DNA of 64,000 nt from assembly GCA_051294375.1 (NCBI GenBank), contig CM119269.1:13670562-13734561 (forward strand). The letters are read 5' to 3'. The DNA is from Paraspadella gotoi (Eukaryota > Animalia > Chaetognatha). Positions within the stretch are counted from its first letter, which is position 1. Each line of letters starts with the position of its first letter. This document shows, piece by piece, positions 25,964 to 37,118 of this stretch. The translations under genes were made by a program, and so were the position numbers. The notes beneath the pieces are model-generated. The model did not search any database and was not told the origin of the DNA. It worked only from the letters and a program-made list of their open reading frames with translations.

Positions 25964-27930
25964 CCCCATCCTCATTATCATCATCATCATCATCATCATC
26001 ATTCATCATCATCATCATCATTATCATCATCATTTTTCCTTCCTTCTTCCGATTCTCCGCTTCCATCTTGAATTACGGATGGTCAAATGTCTCATCAGAT
26101 CATTATTATAATATTGAGATATGAACTGACCTGTCTAAACTTGTCTAACGCTCAATAATTTAAGTTGATCTTTCTGTCTGTTGCTCAATCCATCTGTCCG
26201 TCTGTCCCTCTGTCCTCATCTCGGTCTAACGTCATTAAAAACATATATGGTAGCGTCGTAATTTTTTAACGTTTCCTAAGACTCCATCGAGTTTCAGTTT
26301 TAGCCCTGATGCTTAGGGCGGAGCTAAAAAAAGGCTTAAGTTTCTCCATGACTGATATCTCGTTCTCCAAATGGTTCAAACGCATCGTCACGAGCCACGT
26401 CGCCACGCCCTCACTTTTCGTCCGCGTCGCTAACGACTTTCGATCGTAATCTTTCCAAATTTGTTGTCGCACCTTCGACAACAACGACAACACTGATGTC
26501 GTCAAAGAAAACAATGACGACGACGATAACGACGAAGAAGACGAAGACGACGACGAACGTCGTTCTCCGTCTAAGATTTAATCGTCAATCTCTTTCTTCA
26601 TTTCCAACTCATTTCTTTTCTCTTTCCTTTTTCCTTTTTCCTTTTTCCTTTTTCCTTTCCTCCCTCTTTCTTTTCTTTTTCATTTTTCCTTTCCTTCTTC
26701 TTTTTAAACTCTTCTTTCTTTCTTTCAATCTTTTTTCCTTTTAATCTTTTTTTCCTATTTCATTTTCTTTCTTCTTCCTATTCTCCTATTTTTATTCTAT
26801 TTTCATTCTCTCCTAATTCTCGCTTTTTCCTTTCATCCTCCTCTTCCTCCCTTGCCCTCCTCCTTTTTTCCTCACCTTCTCCTCCTCTTTCCTCAGTCTC
26901 TCCCTCTCTCTCCCTCTTCCTCTCCCTCTCTCTCTCTCACCCAAAATGATCCAGATGACGATGACATTTCCGCCGGCGGCGACGACGATGATCGAGAGAT
27001 AGATGAAGTAATAGATGATTTGCAGTTTCCATCTGAGAGTCAGCGACGTCTCGCCGTCGGTAAAGTTTCCCGCCGCCGTCGATCCGTTGCGAGCGACGAC
27101 TGGCGGAGGAAGTGAGAGGGGGGGGAAGAAAAAGGGTGGCGATGAGGGAGTTTGGGTTTGATGGGGTGGAGAAATTTTTAAATAATCTGTTCTATACGTA
27201 CATTGTACAAACTGCCAACCGTTCGATCTTTCGCCGTCGACTCCCGTACATAATTTGACACGTAACGTGTTTACATCTCATCGCTTCGTCTATCGCCTTA
27301 TTTTCGCTACATTGACTTTCGCGCCGAAAAATAAAGACGCCCATCCTGAAAGGCCGTGACGTCGCCGCGTCAAACGACGCCGCCTCACTGAGTCAGCGCC
27401 GGTGTCTCCCTACATTATGCGTCACGACGTCATGGGCGACAACTCACAGCGTCACAAGGTGGCGCATTATTTGGTTAAGCGGCGCCCCCTCACTGTGTCA
27501 CCCAGTGATGCCTTAGTGCATCAAGTGGCGGGGTAATATTGCGTCAAGCAGCTGTGTCTCACTGCGTCACGCAGTTGTGTCTCACGGCGTTACACAGCAG
27601 CGCCTCACAGCGTCACTCATCGGCGCCTCACTGCATTACACGCTACGTTATCTAACTGCGACGCGCAGCGGGGGTTCCCTGCGTCACACAGCATCGTCTC
27701 ACTACGACACGCAGCGGCGCCTAACTGCGTCCCACAGCGTAGTTTCAATGCGTTACACAGCAGCGTCTCAAAACGTTACGCGCCGGAGTCAAAATTGCGT
27801 CATCTGCGCTCACGTTGTTTACCGGAAATGATGGCGCCCTCGTCTTCGTCGTCTGCGGCCACGTCATCTCCCGCGGAGGAGAAATTCCCGAAGACTTCGG
27901 GCGCCAGAATGGAATGCTCATCTTTCCAAC
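15252..27930 (-). CDS. TACR: Tachykinin/natalisin receptor-family rhodopsin-like GPCR; exons ~27930-27823, 27099-26941, 25797-25685, 24510-24410, 21001-20870, 19708-19551, 18999-18906, 18377-18305, 17675-17567, 15865-15753, 15332-15252
   Basis: The spliced product contains [31 protein letters not shown] (TM1-2), WPFGLIYCK, SVDRY, HPLRP, YAIPFLLMAVAYSRIG (TM5), KRKVVKM..CWLPYHVYF (TM6), YIQHVF..WFAMCNSMVNPIIY (TM7) and FRQGF..CCC (helix 8). N-terminal sequons NFS, NGS and NFT are present. There are two 1-nt discrepancies (exon 7/8 junction; exon 10), and the start codon is lost in an AG-rich tract. Confidence 0.93.
17335..17575 (-). repeat. 44-bp minisatellite containing the GPCR exon-9 splice donor (mirror copy 12662-12905)
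   Basis: actcacttgg (= CCAA|GTGAGT on the minus strand) occurs at 17341, 17385, 17429, 17473, 17517 and 17561. Confidence 0.95.
19420..19525 (-). mobile_element. tRNA-derived SINE fragment, copy A
   Basis: The minus strand reads ctcatgaccggtataggtaccGGGTTCAATCCC (Pol III B-box), then cgctttcggggcgtgggaaaccctcaagcctggtacaagctc, which is shared with 25444-25558. Confidence 0.6.
20462..20726. mobile_element. Foldback/MITE-like element: ~70-bp inverted arms around a (TTTA)n spacer
   Basis: aattgaacatttttataagtcgac...aatatttat (20462-20531) is the reverse complement of ~20659-20726 apart from two 1-nt indels. Confidence 0.7.
22260..22600. repeat. Polypyrimidine minisatellite, ~18-bp unit ctccctctttcctccctc
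   Basis: Directly visible tandem units; they explain the 196-aa P/S/L/F ORF. Confidence 0.9.
23072..23146. repeat. (ATA)n microsatellite, representative of dozens of (AG)n, (CTTT)n, (GAC)n and (CAT)n tracts in the window
   Basis: Directly visible. Confidence 0.97.
25444..25558 (-). mobile_element. tRNA-derived SINE fragment, copy B
   Basis: The minus strand reads gacccggTGGCTAATTGAGtaaagccatcagctcatgacctataggtactgggt...cgccttgggggcctggaaaaccctcaaacatggttcaaagctc. It has an A-box-like head and a body homologous to copy A. Confidence 0.55.
27380..27810. repeat. Degenerate GC-rich ~20-25-bp tandem repeat (cagcgcctcactgcgtcaca-like) in GPCR intron 1
   Basis: Recurrent ctcactgcgtcac / acagcagcg motifs. 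Confidence 0.65.
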
Positions 27931-28432
27931 TCTCTCTTCGTCTCTCTCTGCCGTCTCTCTTCTCTCTCTCTCTTACTCTCTCTCTTCCTCATCTCTACCG
28001 ATCTCTCCTCTCTTCTTCCTACCTCGATCTACATCTCTCTCTCTTTACAGGTTCCTCGGCCTGAATGAAAAATGAAAGAAGATTTAAATTAATAATCAAC
28101 AAAAACAAACGAAAGCAATGTGTAGTCATTATGTTAAATATGTTTATTTTTCGTCTATTATTGCGAAAACCCTTGCGCGATGATTTTTTATATTCGTTGT
28201 ACCAATTTCATAAATAAAGAGCTAACAAATGTCAGCCTCGCTTGAATTCCCAATGAACATTTATCGAGATCAAGATTAATTTTTTTTCTATCATTACTTC
28301 ACCGACCCATAACACGTAGTGGATTCATGCCGACTTTTCATTTCCGTTTCAATTCTCTCTCTCTCTCTCTCTCTCTCTCNNNNNNNNNNNNNNNNNNNNN
28401 NNNNTCTCTCTCGTCTCTCTCTCCTCTCTCTC

Positions 28433-28467
<35 letters not shown>

Positions 28468-29223
28468 CTCTCGCCACCTGAGTCTCCACTCGTTCAGCAG
28501 CGCGGAAGGCAAATCTCTCTAACGAAGCGAAGGACGAAATCTGCAAAAATCCGAGTTGAAGTCGTCGTCGTCCTTTCAAGTTATATGCTCATGTCTTTTC
28601 AAAATTCGAGTCTTTTATTTTAAAAACTTAAGTTAAGCTTGAAGTCAAACTTTAACTTAGTTTACCGACGTGAAAGAGTTCATCAGCGAAAACCCATTTT
28701 TTTGATAAACTTTAGAAGAAAAATAATAGGGAAAACAAGAAAAATCAGTGGCCGCAAAGACGATCGAATTGATCATTTGTTTTCAACCGACTCATTTCTA
28801 ATCTCATTTGCATATTCTTTTTTCATTTTCAAAAACGATTAATGAAAATAGTCATTTATCATTGGTTCGAAGCTGAACAACCGTCGTGACCTTTATTTTT
28901 AAAATGAGCACGAGACAGAGTCATTGTTCTCTGTGCATTGTGCGATATCGGCATCAAAAGCGTCTCGAGGTCCATCATTAACTTTGATTTATGTTCTTTC
29001 TTTGAATGTTAAAACAAAAAGGTTTCGCTCATCTGGACGAACGATTTGTGGAAAATTTCGAGGCGATACCTTTTTAAAAATTTTGGTCTGTTGTAGTCGT
29101 CGTTGTCGTTGTTACTTGTTAGCCGATTCAGGAATGTCGTACCTCGTTTTCGCGTTTATTCCACTTTATTTTGATTAATCTTAGTTAGTAGTATAAGAAC
29201 GTTTCTTTCCAACTGCCCTCAGC

Positions 29224-29275
29224 TTAAGGGGGGGACCAGTGATATCTTCCCCCCCTGTTCACTTGGTCCCCTTAA
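29224..29275. mobile_element. 44-bp hairpin DNA-transposon remnant flanked by TTAA
   Basis: TTAA-gggggggaccagtga...tcacttggtcccc-TTAA. Confidence 0.5.
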
Positions 29276-29411
29276 GAAGCCGCACGAGATACATAAAAAA
29301 GAAGGAAGAAAAAAGAAAGTAAGAAGAAATATATATACGACGTATATTATACGTATTATATTTTTAGTTTATCGCAGAAAGAGAGGAAAAGCAGGTAGAG
29401 AGAAAGAAAGA

Positions 29412-29502
<91 letters not shown>

Positions 29503-29504
29503 AC

Positions 29505-29899
29505 CGTGGTAAGAACTGCTTTTATATGGCTTATGATGCGCAGTTTTACGGGTTTTATGGAAACGAAATTTCCAGGACCACGTCTTTTGTTTTCCCGATG
29601 CAGGTAACGGGTGGTAACGCCCACCAGAATAAAGTCGTAGCATAGGTTAGATCCTCGCGCCTCTGTCGATAAAATAGAAAACCAGGACGGAAACTGTTGG
29701 ATGGAATCTGGCTTTGCTGACCAGATCTCGGTGCCGTGGACATTGATGGCGCTGATAGCGATCAGCGATTGCAAACGTCGCGCATTGCAATCGTTTTCTG
29801 GATCCAAAGAGGCGAAGAATTGAACAGAAACTCAGCAAACACGATGACTTTGGTGACGACAGTCGACGCTATTTGTTTGGCGGGAGGAAACTAGGCAAA

Positions 29900-29935
<36 letters not shown>

Positions 29936-30490
29936 NNNNNNNNNNNNNNNNNNNNNNNNNNNNNNNNNNNNNNNNNNNNNNNNNNNNNNNNNNNNNNNNN
30001 NNNNNNNNNNNNNNNNNNNNNNNNNNNNNNNNNNNNNNNNNNNNNNNNNNNNNNNNNNNNNNNNNNNNNNNNNNNNNNNNNNNNNNNNNNNNNNNNNNNN
30101 NNNNNNNNNNNNNNNNNNNNNNNNNNNNNNNNNNNNNNNNNNNNNNNNNNNNNNNNNNNNNNNNNNNNNNNNNNNNNNNNNNNNNNNNNNNNNNNNNNNN
30201 NNNNNNNNNNNNNNNNNNNNNNNNNNNNNNNNNNNNNNNNNNNNNNNNNNNNNNNNNNNNNNNNNNNNNNNNNNNNNNNNNNATCAAGGGCGCAGAGTGT
30301 CGACTAAGTATTCGGCCATATTTTCCAAAATTGTCTCAATTCCGCTTAAAATCAGAATTAAAAAGGTTTTAGGTTAGGGATTTAATTAGGAATTTGGTCA
30401 GTGATTAGGTTAGGGACTCGGGTTATGGATTAGGCTTGGGTGACTTTAGGGTTCGGATTTGGTTGAAAACGTTAGATTAATTTTCTCATT

Positions 30491-30525
<35 letters not shown>

Positions 30526-30911
30526 CACGAAAGCCAAAAATATGACTTGGACAAAAAAAAAGGAAGGAAGATTCCCGGTCGCGGAAATGAAGAACGTCTG
30601 CCGGAAATGGGAGAAACCCTAGCGGCGGAGAAAAGAAAGATTCGATGCCTGAAAGTGAGACGATGGGGGAAGAGGAAGATGGGATGAAGAAGAATAGGGA
30701 TGGGGAAGAGCAGGCCGCCTAATGATGGGGGAGAGGAGAGGTTGTCATGAATGGCGCGATGATGATGGTGATGATGACGATGATGATGGTGATGATGATG
30801 GGGAAGATAAGGTTGNNNNNNNNNNAAGTTGATCTTTAAAGTTTCGATCGTAGGAAATGGCATCTTTGGTTTCGAGACGAGTTTAATGTGACCGTCGACG
30901 TGGCAGCCGCC
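29505..30911 (-). CDS. Possible exons (~30911-30500, 29890-29505) of an unknown protein, interrupted by gaps
   Basis: Two non-repetitive GC-rich blocks follow acceptors. They give GGCHVDGHIKLVSKPKMPFPTIETLKIN..His-rich and ...IAISAINVHGTEIWSAKPDSIQQFPSWFSILSTEARGSNLCYDFILVGVTT... There is one in-frame TGA and phases cannot be verified. Confidence 0.3.
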
Positions 30912-31237
30912 CTGGCGGTCAGCGGAGTACAGTGGAAACGAATTATAAAATTGATGATTGTGTCTGTATTCTTGGGGGGGGGGAAGTCTCTCAATCTCAT
31001 ACTCATACTCATACTCATACTCGAACGATTATAATAGTTTTTCTCGTTTTGCATTAATTGGTTAATTTGAATTAAAACATTTTCATAATTCTAACTATGA
31101 TGAATTCATCGAAAGATAGTTGATGTTTATTCGAGGACACCGGAGATGTTACGTAATATCCCAAGTTTGAAACATTGATAGTTAAAATTTTAAAAATATT
31201 CTGTTAGTGTTTAAAAATAAATTTGTTTGTATGTACG

Positions 31238-32062
31238 ATATAAGCAAACGAACAAAACATCCGTTTGACGCTTTTTCGCAAAATTGTTCCACCTTTTTTT
31301 TTTCCACGAAAATTTTTAATCCTTTTGTTTTCGTCGAAAATCGTTGGGGATTTTTTTGAATCCTGAGGAGATGAAGTCGAAATTTCTCTGGAAAATTTGA
31401 AAGAAAAAGAAAAACGTTTTTGAGTCTTTTTTTTTTTTTTTGAAGGGGGGCGTGAATTGAAATCTGCATATTTTTCCTTAAAACTCTTGCAGTTGTCAGC
31501 GTCTATGTTTCTAAAGGCAGAAAGGATCAGAATTTTGTCACGAAAGAATCGGTTCGGCTTAGAATTTGTTAATCTATTAATTCATTCATTTAATCTTTTG
31601 TTTTTATATTTAATCTGTAATAGTTGTTCGAAAAGCGCGAAAGAGAGAGTATAAGCAAACGAACAAAACATCCGTTTGACCGCTTTTTCGCAAAATTGTT
31701 CCACCTTTTTTTTCCACGAAAATTTTTAATCCTTTTGTTTTCGTCGAAAATCGTTGGGGATTTTTTTGAATCCTGAGGAGATGAGTCGAAATTTCTCTGG
31801 AAAATTTGAAAGAAAAGAAAAAACGTTTTGAGTCTTTTTTTTTTTTTTGAAGGGGGGCGTGAATTGAAATCTGCATATTTTTTCCTTAAAACTCTTTGCA
31901 GTTTGTCAGCGCGTCTATGTTTCTAAAGGCAGAACAGGATCAGAATTTTGTCACGAAAGAATCGGTTCGGCTTAGAATTTGTTATCTATTAATTCATTCA
32001 TTTAATCTTTTGTTTTTATATTTAATCTGTAATAGTTGTTCGAAAAAGCGCGGAAAGAGAGA
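31238..32062. repeat. ~410-bp direct tandem duplication (31238-31649 / 31651-32062)
   Basis: Both copies start ataagcaaacgaacaaaacatcc and end gttcgaaaagcgcg; they differ by 1-2-nt indels. Confidence 0.9.
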
Positions 32063-32113
32063 GAGACGCAAAACGTGCGAGAGATAGCGAGAGAGAGAGA
32101 GCGAGAGAGCGAG

Positions 32114-32177
<64 letters not shown>

Positions 32178-32259
32178 GAGAGCGAGGATCNNNNNNNNNN
32201 NNNNNNNNNNNNNNNAGACGCAAAACGTGCGAGAGATAGCGAGAGAGAGAGAGCGAGAG

Positions 32260-32333
<74 letters not shown>

Positions 32334-32584
32334 CGAGGTTCGCGCGACGCGCAGACTCACGAGAAACGCAATTCGAAGGCAGTTGTGGTTTTCGTTGTTG
32401 TTGTTTGTCGTTGTCCACGAAGTTTCGCTGTTGCCCATTTCAGGATCCTTGTGGCTGAATATACTAAATATGTAATTCATTTTAGTTCATTTGTTTCATT
32501 GGGCCTTTGTTTTTTTTTGGTAAATAGTATAATAAAGTAGTACCAATTTCTTTTCCAAATTCCGCAGTTGAATGTCGGCCAAAA

Positions 32585-32880
32585 GGAGAAGGATTAGAAT
32601 TGATTAAAATTATGATGCAGGAAAGAAGGATTAAGAATTACGGATTAGAATTATGATACAAGAGAAAAGAATTAGGATTAAGGATTAGAATTATGATGCA
32701 GGAGAGAAGGATTAGGAATTAAGGATTTAAATTATGATGCAGGAGAGAAGGATTAGGATTAAGAATTAGAATTATGATGTAGGAGAGAAGGATTAGAATT
32801 AAGGATTTAAATTACGATGCAGGAGAGAAGGATTAGGATTAAGGATTAGAATTATGATGTAGGAGAGAGGATTATGATCA
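32585..32880. repeat. ~40-bp minisatellite aggattaggattaaggattagaattatgatgcaggagaga (second copy 41130-41420)
   Basis: About 7 tandem units visible. Confidence 0.9.
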
Positions 32881-32993
32881 CTAATGAATTAGGGCCATCT
32901 TGAAAAAGGACCGCCCAAAAAAATGGGGTAGTTGTCGTGATTGTTTCGGTCTTTCCACGACCGCGTTCATTCGACCTCAGTTCTGATGGAACA

Positions 32994-33149
32994 ATGACTC
33001 GTTTAACTGCAACATTGACTTTCATGTTGTTTTTGTTTATGTTTCTGCCTCATTTTTTTGGGTCGCCAAACGCGAATACGGAATATTTATGTTGTGGTAA
33101 AAGCCATTCAGAATTTCGTTGGTTTATTTCTTGCCAGGCAACGAGCTGA
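32994..33149 (+). CDS. Possible first coding exon of a small secreted protein (second copy ~41538-41641)
   Basis: MTRLTATLTFMLFLFMFLPHFFGSPNANTEYLCC is signal-peptide-like. It is preceded by a ctcag acceptor and followed by G|gtaaaa at 33096. Confidence 0.3.
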   Translation: MTRLTATLTFMLFLFMFLPHFFGSPNANTEYLCCGKSHSEFRWFISCQATS

Positions 33150-33641
33150 TATAGTGTTAACTTTGGCCACAAGCAAATAAATATTTACTCTGGTTGTTAC
33201 TTAAGTTTGCTGTGTCTAAATAAATATCTAAATAACGTGCGCAGAGTATGCAGATAAATATTTTTACAGAATAATATTTACACTTTCGATTTGAAACTCT
33301 CTCACTCTTCTTTCTCTAAAGAGCAGTCATGGATTCCGGTAAACCATTAAGTTATAAAAAGTTTTAAAATAAACCTTGGAAATCTGCCAAGTGAGTGAAT
33401 TAAAAATACTGCGTGCGATCGAACTGTGGACGATTTTAATTGAGAAAAAATATGAAGCGAAAGTAATCGAGTCTCCCTTCGTCCAGGAGTTTTTAAACAA
33501 AAAAGAAAAAGAAAAGAAAAAAATTAAAATCAATGTAAAACCTTTTAAGGAAATTGAATATAGATTCAATCAAAACTCGACTAATATGTTCTCTCTCTTC
33601 AGACTTCAGGAAAGGAATTGAAATATACAATACGTATCTGT

Positions 33642-34289
33642 TGAAGAACAGTAATTATTGATAAGTGTTAATGACAGAACCGTTCAATATAGCAGTCCTG
33701 AGCTTCGGATCAGGCTGTAACACCATGTTACAGGCGGGTTAAGCGCCCCGTCCCTCTTAACTGCTAGGCGGCCACCAGGCTAGAAACCCCGGACTTTGGG
33801 TTGGGAGGCGAATGACTTGCCTCCGGCACCAATGACGCTGATGAACGGTTGGTGGATTTTAGTCCACCATACATCCCCTTCCCGTAGGGAGAAGTCTGTT
33901 GCGTCTCTCAGTGAATTGTTGTTGTTGGTGGAAAGTTCGTCACCAAGTTGAGGCATGTCGCCTAATGTGTTGTGGGCGGAAGTGGCATCGCCAGTTGAGG
34001 CATGTCGCCTGAAAGTGTTGTTGTTGCTGTTGTGTTCGGAAGTCGGGCTCACCAATGAAGAGACAGTAATTATTGTTATGAGTTAGTGATAGAACCGTTC
34101 ATATAAGCAGTCCCTGAGCTTCGGATCAGGCTGTAACACCATGTTACAGGCGGGTTAACGCGCCCGCGTCCCTCTAACTGCTAGGCGGCACCAGGCTAGA
34201 ACCCCGGACCTTTGGGTTTGGGAGGCGAATGACTGGCCTCCGGCACCAATGACCGCTGATGAACGGTTGGTGGATTTTAGTCCACCATA
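33642..34289 (-). mobile_element. TRIM (miniature non-autonomous LTR retrotransposon)
   Basis: Two ~232-bp direct repeats (33642-33873 TG...CA; 34056-34289), a PBS TGGTGAGCCCGAC (34054-34042), a PPT GGGAAGGGGA (33883-33874) and flanking CTGT duplication. The empty site is at ~42185. Confidence 0.88.
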
Positions 34290-34523
34290 CTGTATAATAT
34301 AATATAATACGTATAATACAGATTCTGCACCGAGGACAAGGAAACTACTTCAGCGGAACGAAAGAAGTGAATATTTCATTAGCGTCACTTTTTTCGCAAA
34401 GAGTAAACTTAATGTATGTTAATGTTAATTTTGCTCCAATAAAACATTTCGGAGACGCTGTCTGCCACTATCTTTTAAATATCTATCTCTTTCTCTGTTT
34501 CTGTTTCCTTCCGTTACCCGCCA

Positions 34524-34561
<38 letters not shown>

Positions 34562-36157
34562 GTCTCTCTCTCTCTCCTCCTCTCTCTCTCCTCTCTCTCT
34601 CTCGTTTCCCCTCATTGTAGTCGAATGGTGGTGAACCTTCGCCCTCTTCAAGCGAGCTTTAATTAAAGAAAACAAAGACGACGACGAGACGGACGACGAC
34701 GACCACCCTCTAACTCACCTTTTTATCTTTGCCTTTTTATGCGCCTCTTTTTATAGATAAGATTTGTTTAAAAAAAACTTTTTAAAGAAGCCTTTTTACC
34801 CCCTGGCCTCTTTCAACAGCCCCAGCTTCTTCTCATCTTAATTCCCAACCCTCGTTGATATTAGCGGTCGAAAAAAAAAGAAACTTTTCCGTTTTTGATT
34901 GGGCTTTTTTAATTGTTTTTTAAATTGGCTTGTTGAATCTCCGTTTCTATTAGCCTTGTGTTTTGGCCTTTCTTCTCAAATTAGCCTTTCAAATAAAATT
35001 TTTCGATAAGACCTGTTGACATTTTAATGCGAACTTTCTGATTGGCCTTTTTGATATGAGCCCTTCTGATAATAGCCTTTCTGATTGGCCTTTTTGATAT
35101 GAGCCCTTCGTGATGACTCTTTTCTGAATTGGCCTTTTTGAATTATGAGCCCATCTGATGACCCTTTCCTGATTGCCTTTTTGATATTGGAGCCCTTCTG
35201 ATGACTTTTCTGATTGGCCTTTGTGATATGAGCCTTCTGATAACCTTTTCTGATGACCTTTTTATATTGAGTGACCTGTTCTCGATTGGACCACCTTTCT
35301 GACTTGGACTTTCCTGATATGCATTTACGATTACCACTCACTACGGACTCGATACTCCTTCCTTTTCTGAAATTTCAGGTCTAGTATTTTATGGAGTGAC
35401 TTTTCTCATTTGCTGTATGAACAGCATGTAATTAATTGGCTTTTCCTGACTTTTCCATTCGTCGCCTCCTTTTTCAAACTTTTATTATGGGAAAAAATGA
35501 AAAAAAAATCCCTCTGTGAATTTTCTAGATTTTTTCTCTGATAAAATCTACTCAACGCAACACCTCTTAAGACTCGCCACTGGGCGATTCATCTTATATT
35601 TTTTCATTTTAACGCATGACATCTTTTGTTCTTCGAAGTCGATAAAAGAAATCGACAAAATGGAGAGAGAGAGGAGAGAGAGAGAGTAGAGAGAGAGGAG
35701 AGAGGGATATTGTAAAGTTTGTAAGTTTGTAAGGGTCCGCTGACGCACCCTTTCAGATTATTGGAGGCGACGGTAAACGTTCTCGGTGATTGGGGTGAAG
35801 GAAAAACGATCTTGAACGACTCTAAAAATTCAACTTTAAGATAACATGAAGATTGGCTAAATCTTGTGAACCCGGTCAAATCTAATGGAAGTCACTTTTT
35901 CATTTTATGACGAGAGAAATCCAAATGAGAGAATGAATCCTTATAAATTTTTCTTCCGCTCTTTGCCCTTCGGTAAGCAAGAAAAAAAATCGTCGCCAAG
36001 TAACCGGAAAATTGGTATTTTAGAGACGAAGGTCGGACGAGCGACGACGTGTGACGCGACGACGACGACGAAGACGGCGAACGACGAAGACGACGACATA
36101 AATCTTAGCGCTTGACTGAAGCGTCTCTCTGAGTTTACGTACTTGAATGAGAAAGAC

Positions 36158-36207
<50 letters not shown>

Positions 36208-37029
36208 AGAAGAGAAGAGAGAGAGAGAGACGGCGGAAGGTGTTTTAATGATTATCGCGTTTCCGGGTTTCACGGTCAGTGGCGTACGGGTATCGGTACG
36301 AATCAGTCGTACTCACTACAGTGACAAATTACAATTGTAGCCAATGTACAATTGTACATAACAGTGTACAATACCTTCACACATGTTTATAGTTTCGATC
36401 CTTGCTTATATTCGCGATAAGCATTCCACGAGGCAGTGTATAAACTATAAATACTTTAAAATAGTATAATACTCTAGATCTACGCGATTTATTCGAATAC
36501 TACTAATAACAACGTGCAAATTCGATTCTAATATCAACAAACGAAGTTATCGTTGTATTAGAGAAAAAATCAGTCACGTTTGCCTGTTTGATGATTTTTT
36601 TACAAAAAAAAATCCTTTTATTAATTATAACAAAGCGACGTTTTTCCATGATCCGCAATATGAAAGCACGCAAACCTTAAAATCCTAATGAAAAAACTAT
36701 GATCTACAACACAATCATAGAGCTTGTAGTTCTTTGACACAAGTCACGCCCAGTTTTCTTAAATGAAAACAAAAAAACATTTGGAAAAGTCCCGGCTCGA
36801 ATGTCTCGCGATACAGTATAAGCGTGGTTTTACTATATTTTAAAAACAATTTAAAAAAATACTGTTAAATCCTTAAAGAAATAAAATTGATTTTAAAAAA
36901 AAAGTTCAAATGAAACCAACGAATTGCACGTCCAAGATAAAAAAAAATGGTAGAGTGAAACTATTACGCGAAAACTTTTCACCGAAAATGCGTTTCCACG
37001 AATTCGGAAACAAGCATTAACTTAACGAT

Positions 37030-37118
<89 letters not shown>

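Noticed and set aside
30360-30480. TTAGG/TTAGGG-like motifs (also ~23220, 37790, 45650)
   Set aside because: Degenerate and interspersed rather than a telomeric array; more likely transposon subterminal sequence.
33780-34055. 91-aa ORF in the TRIM core as gag
   Set aside because: It starts at TTG within the PBS, runs into the LTR, and has no zinc knuckle or capsid-like motif.
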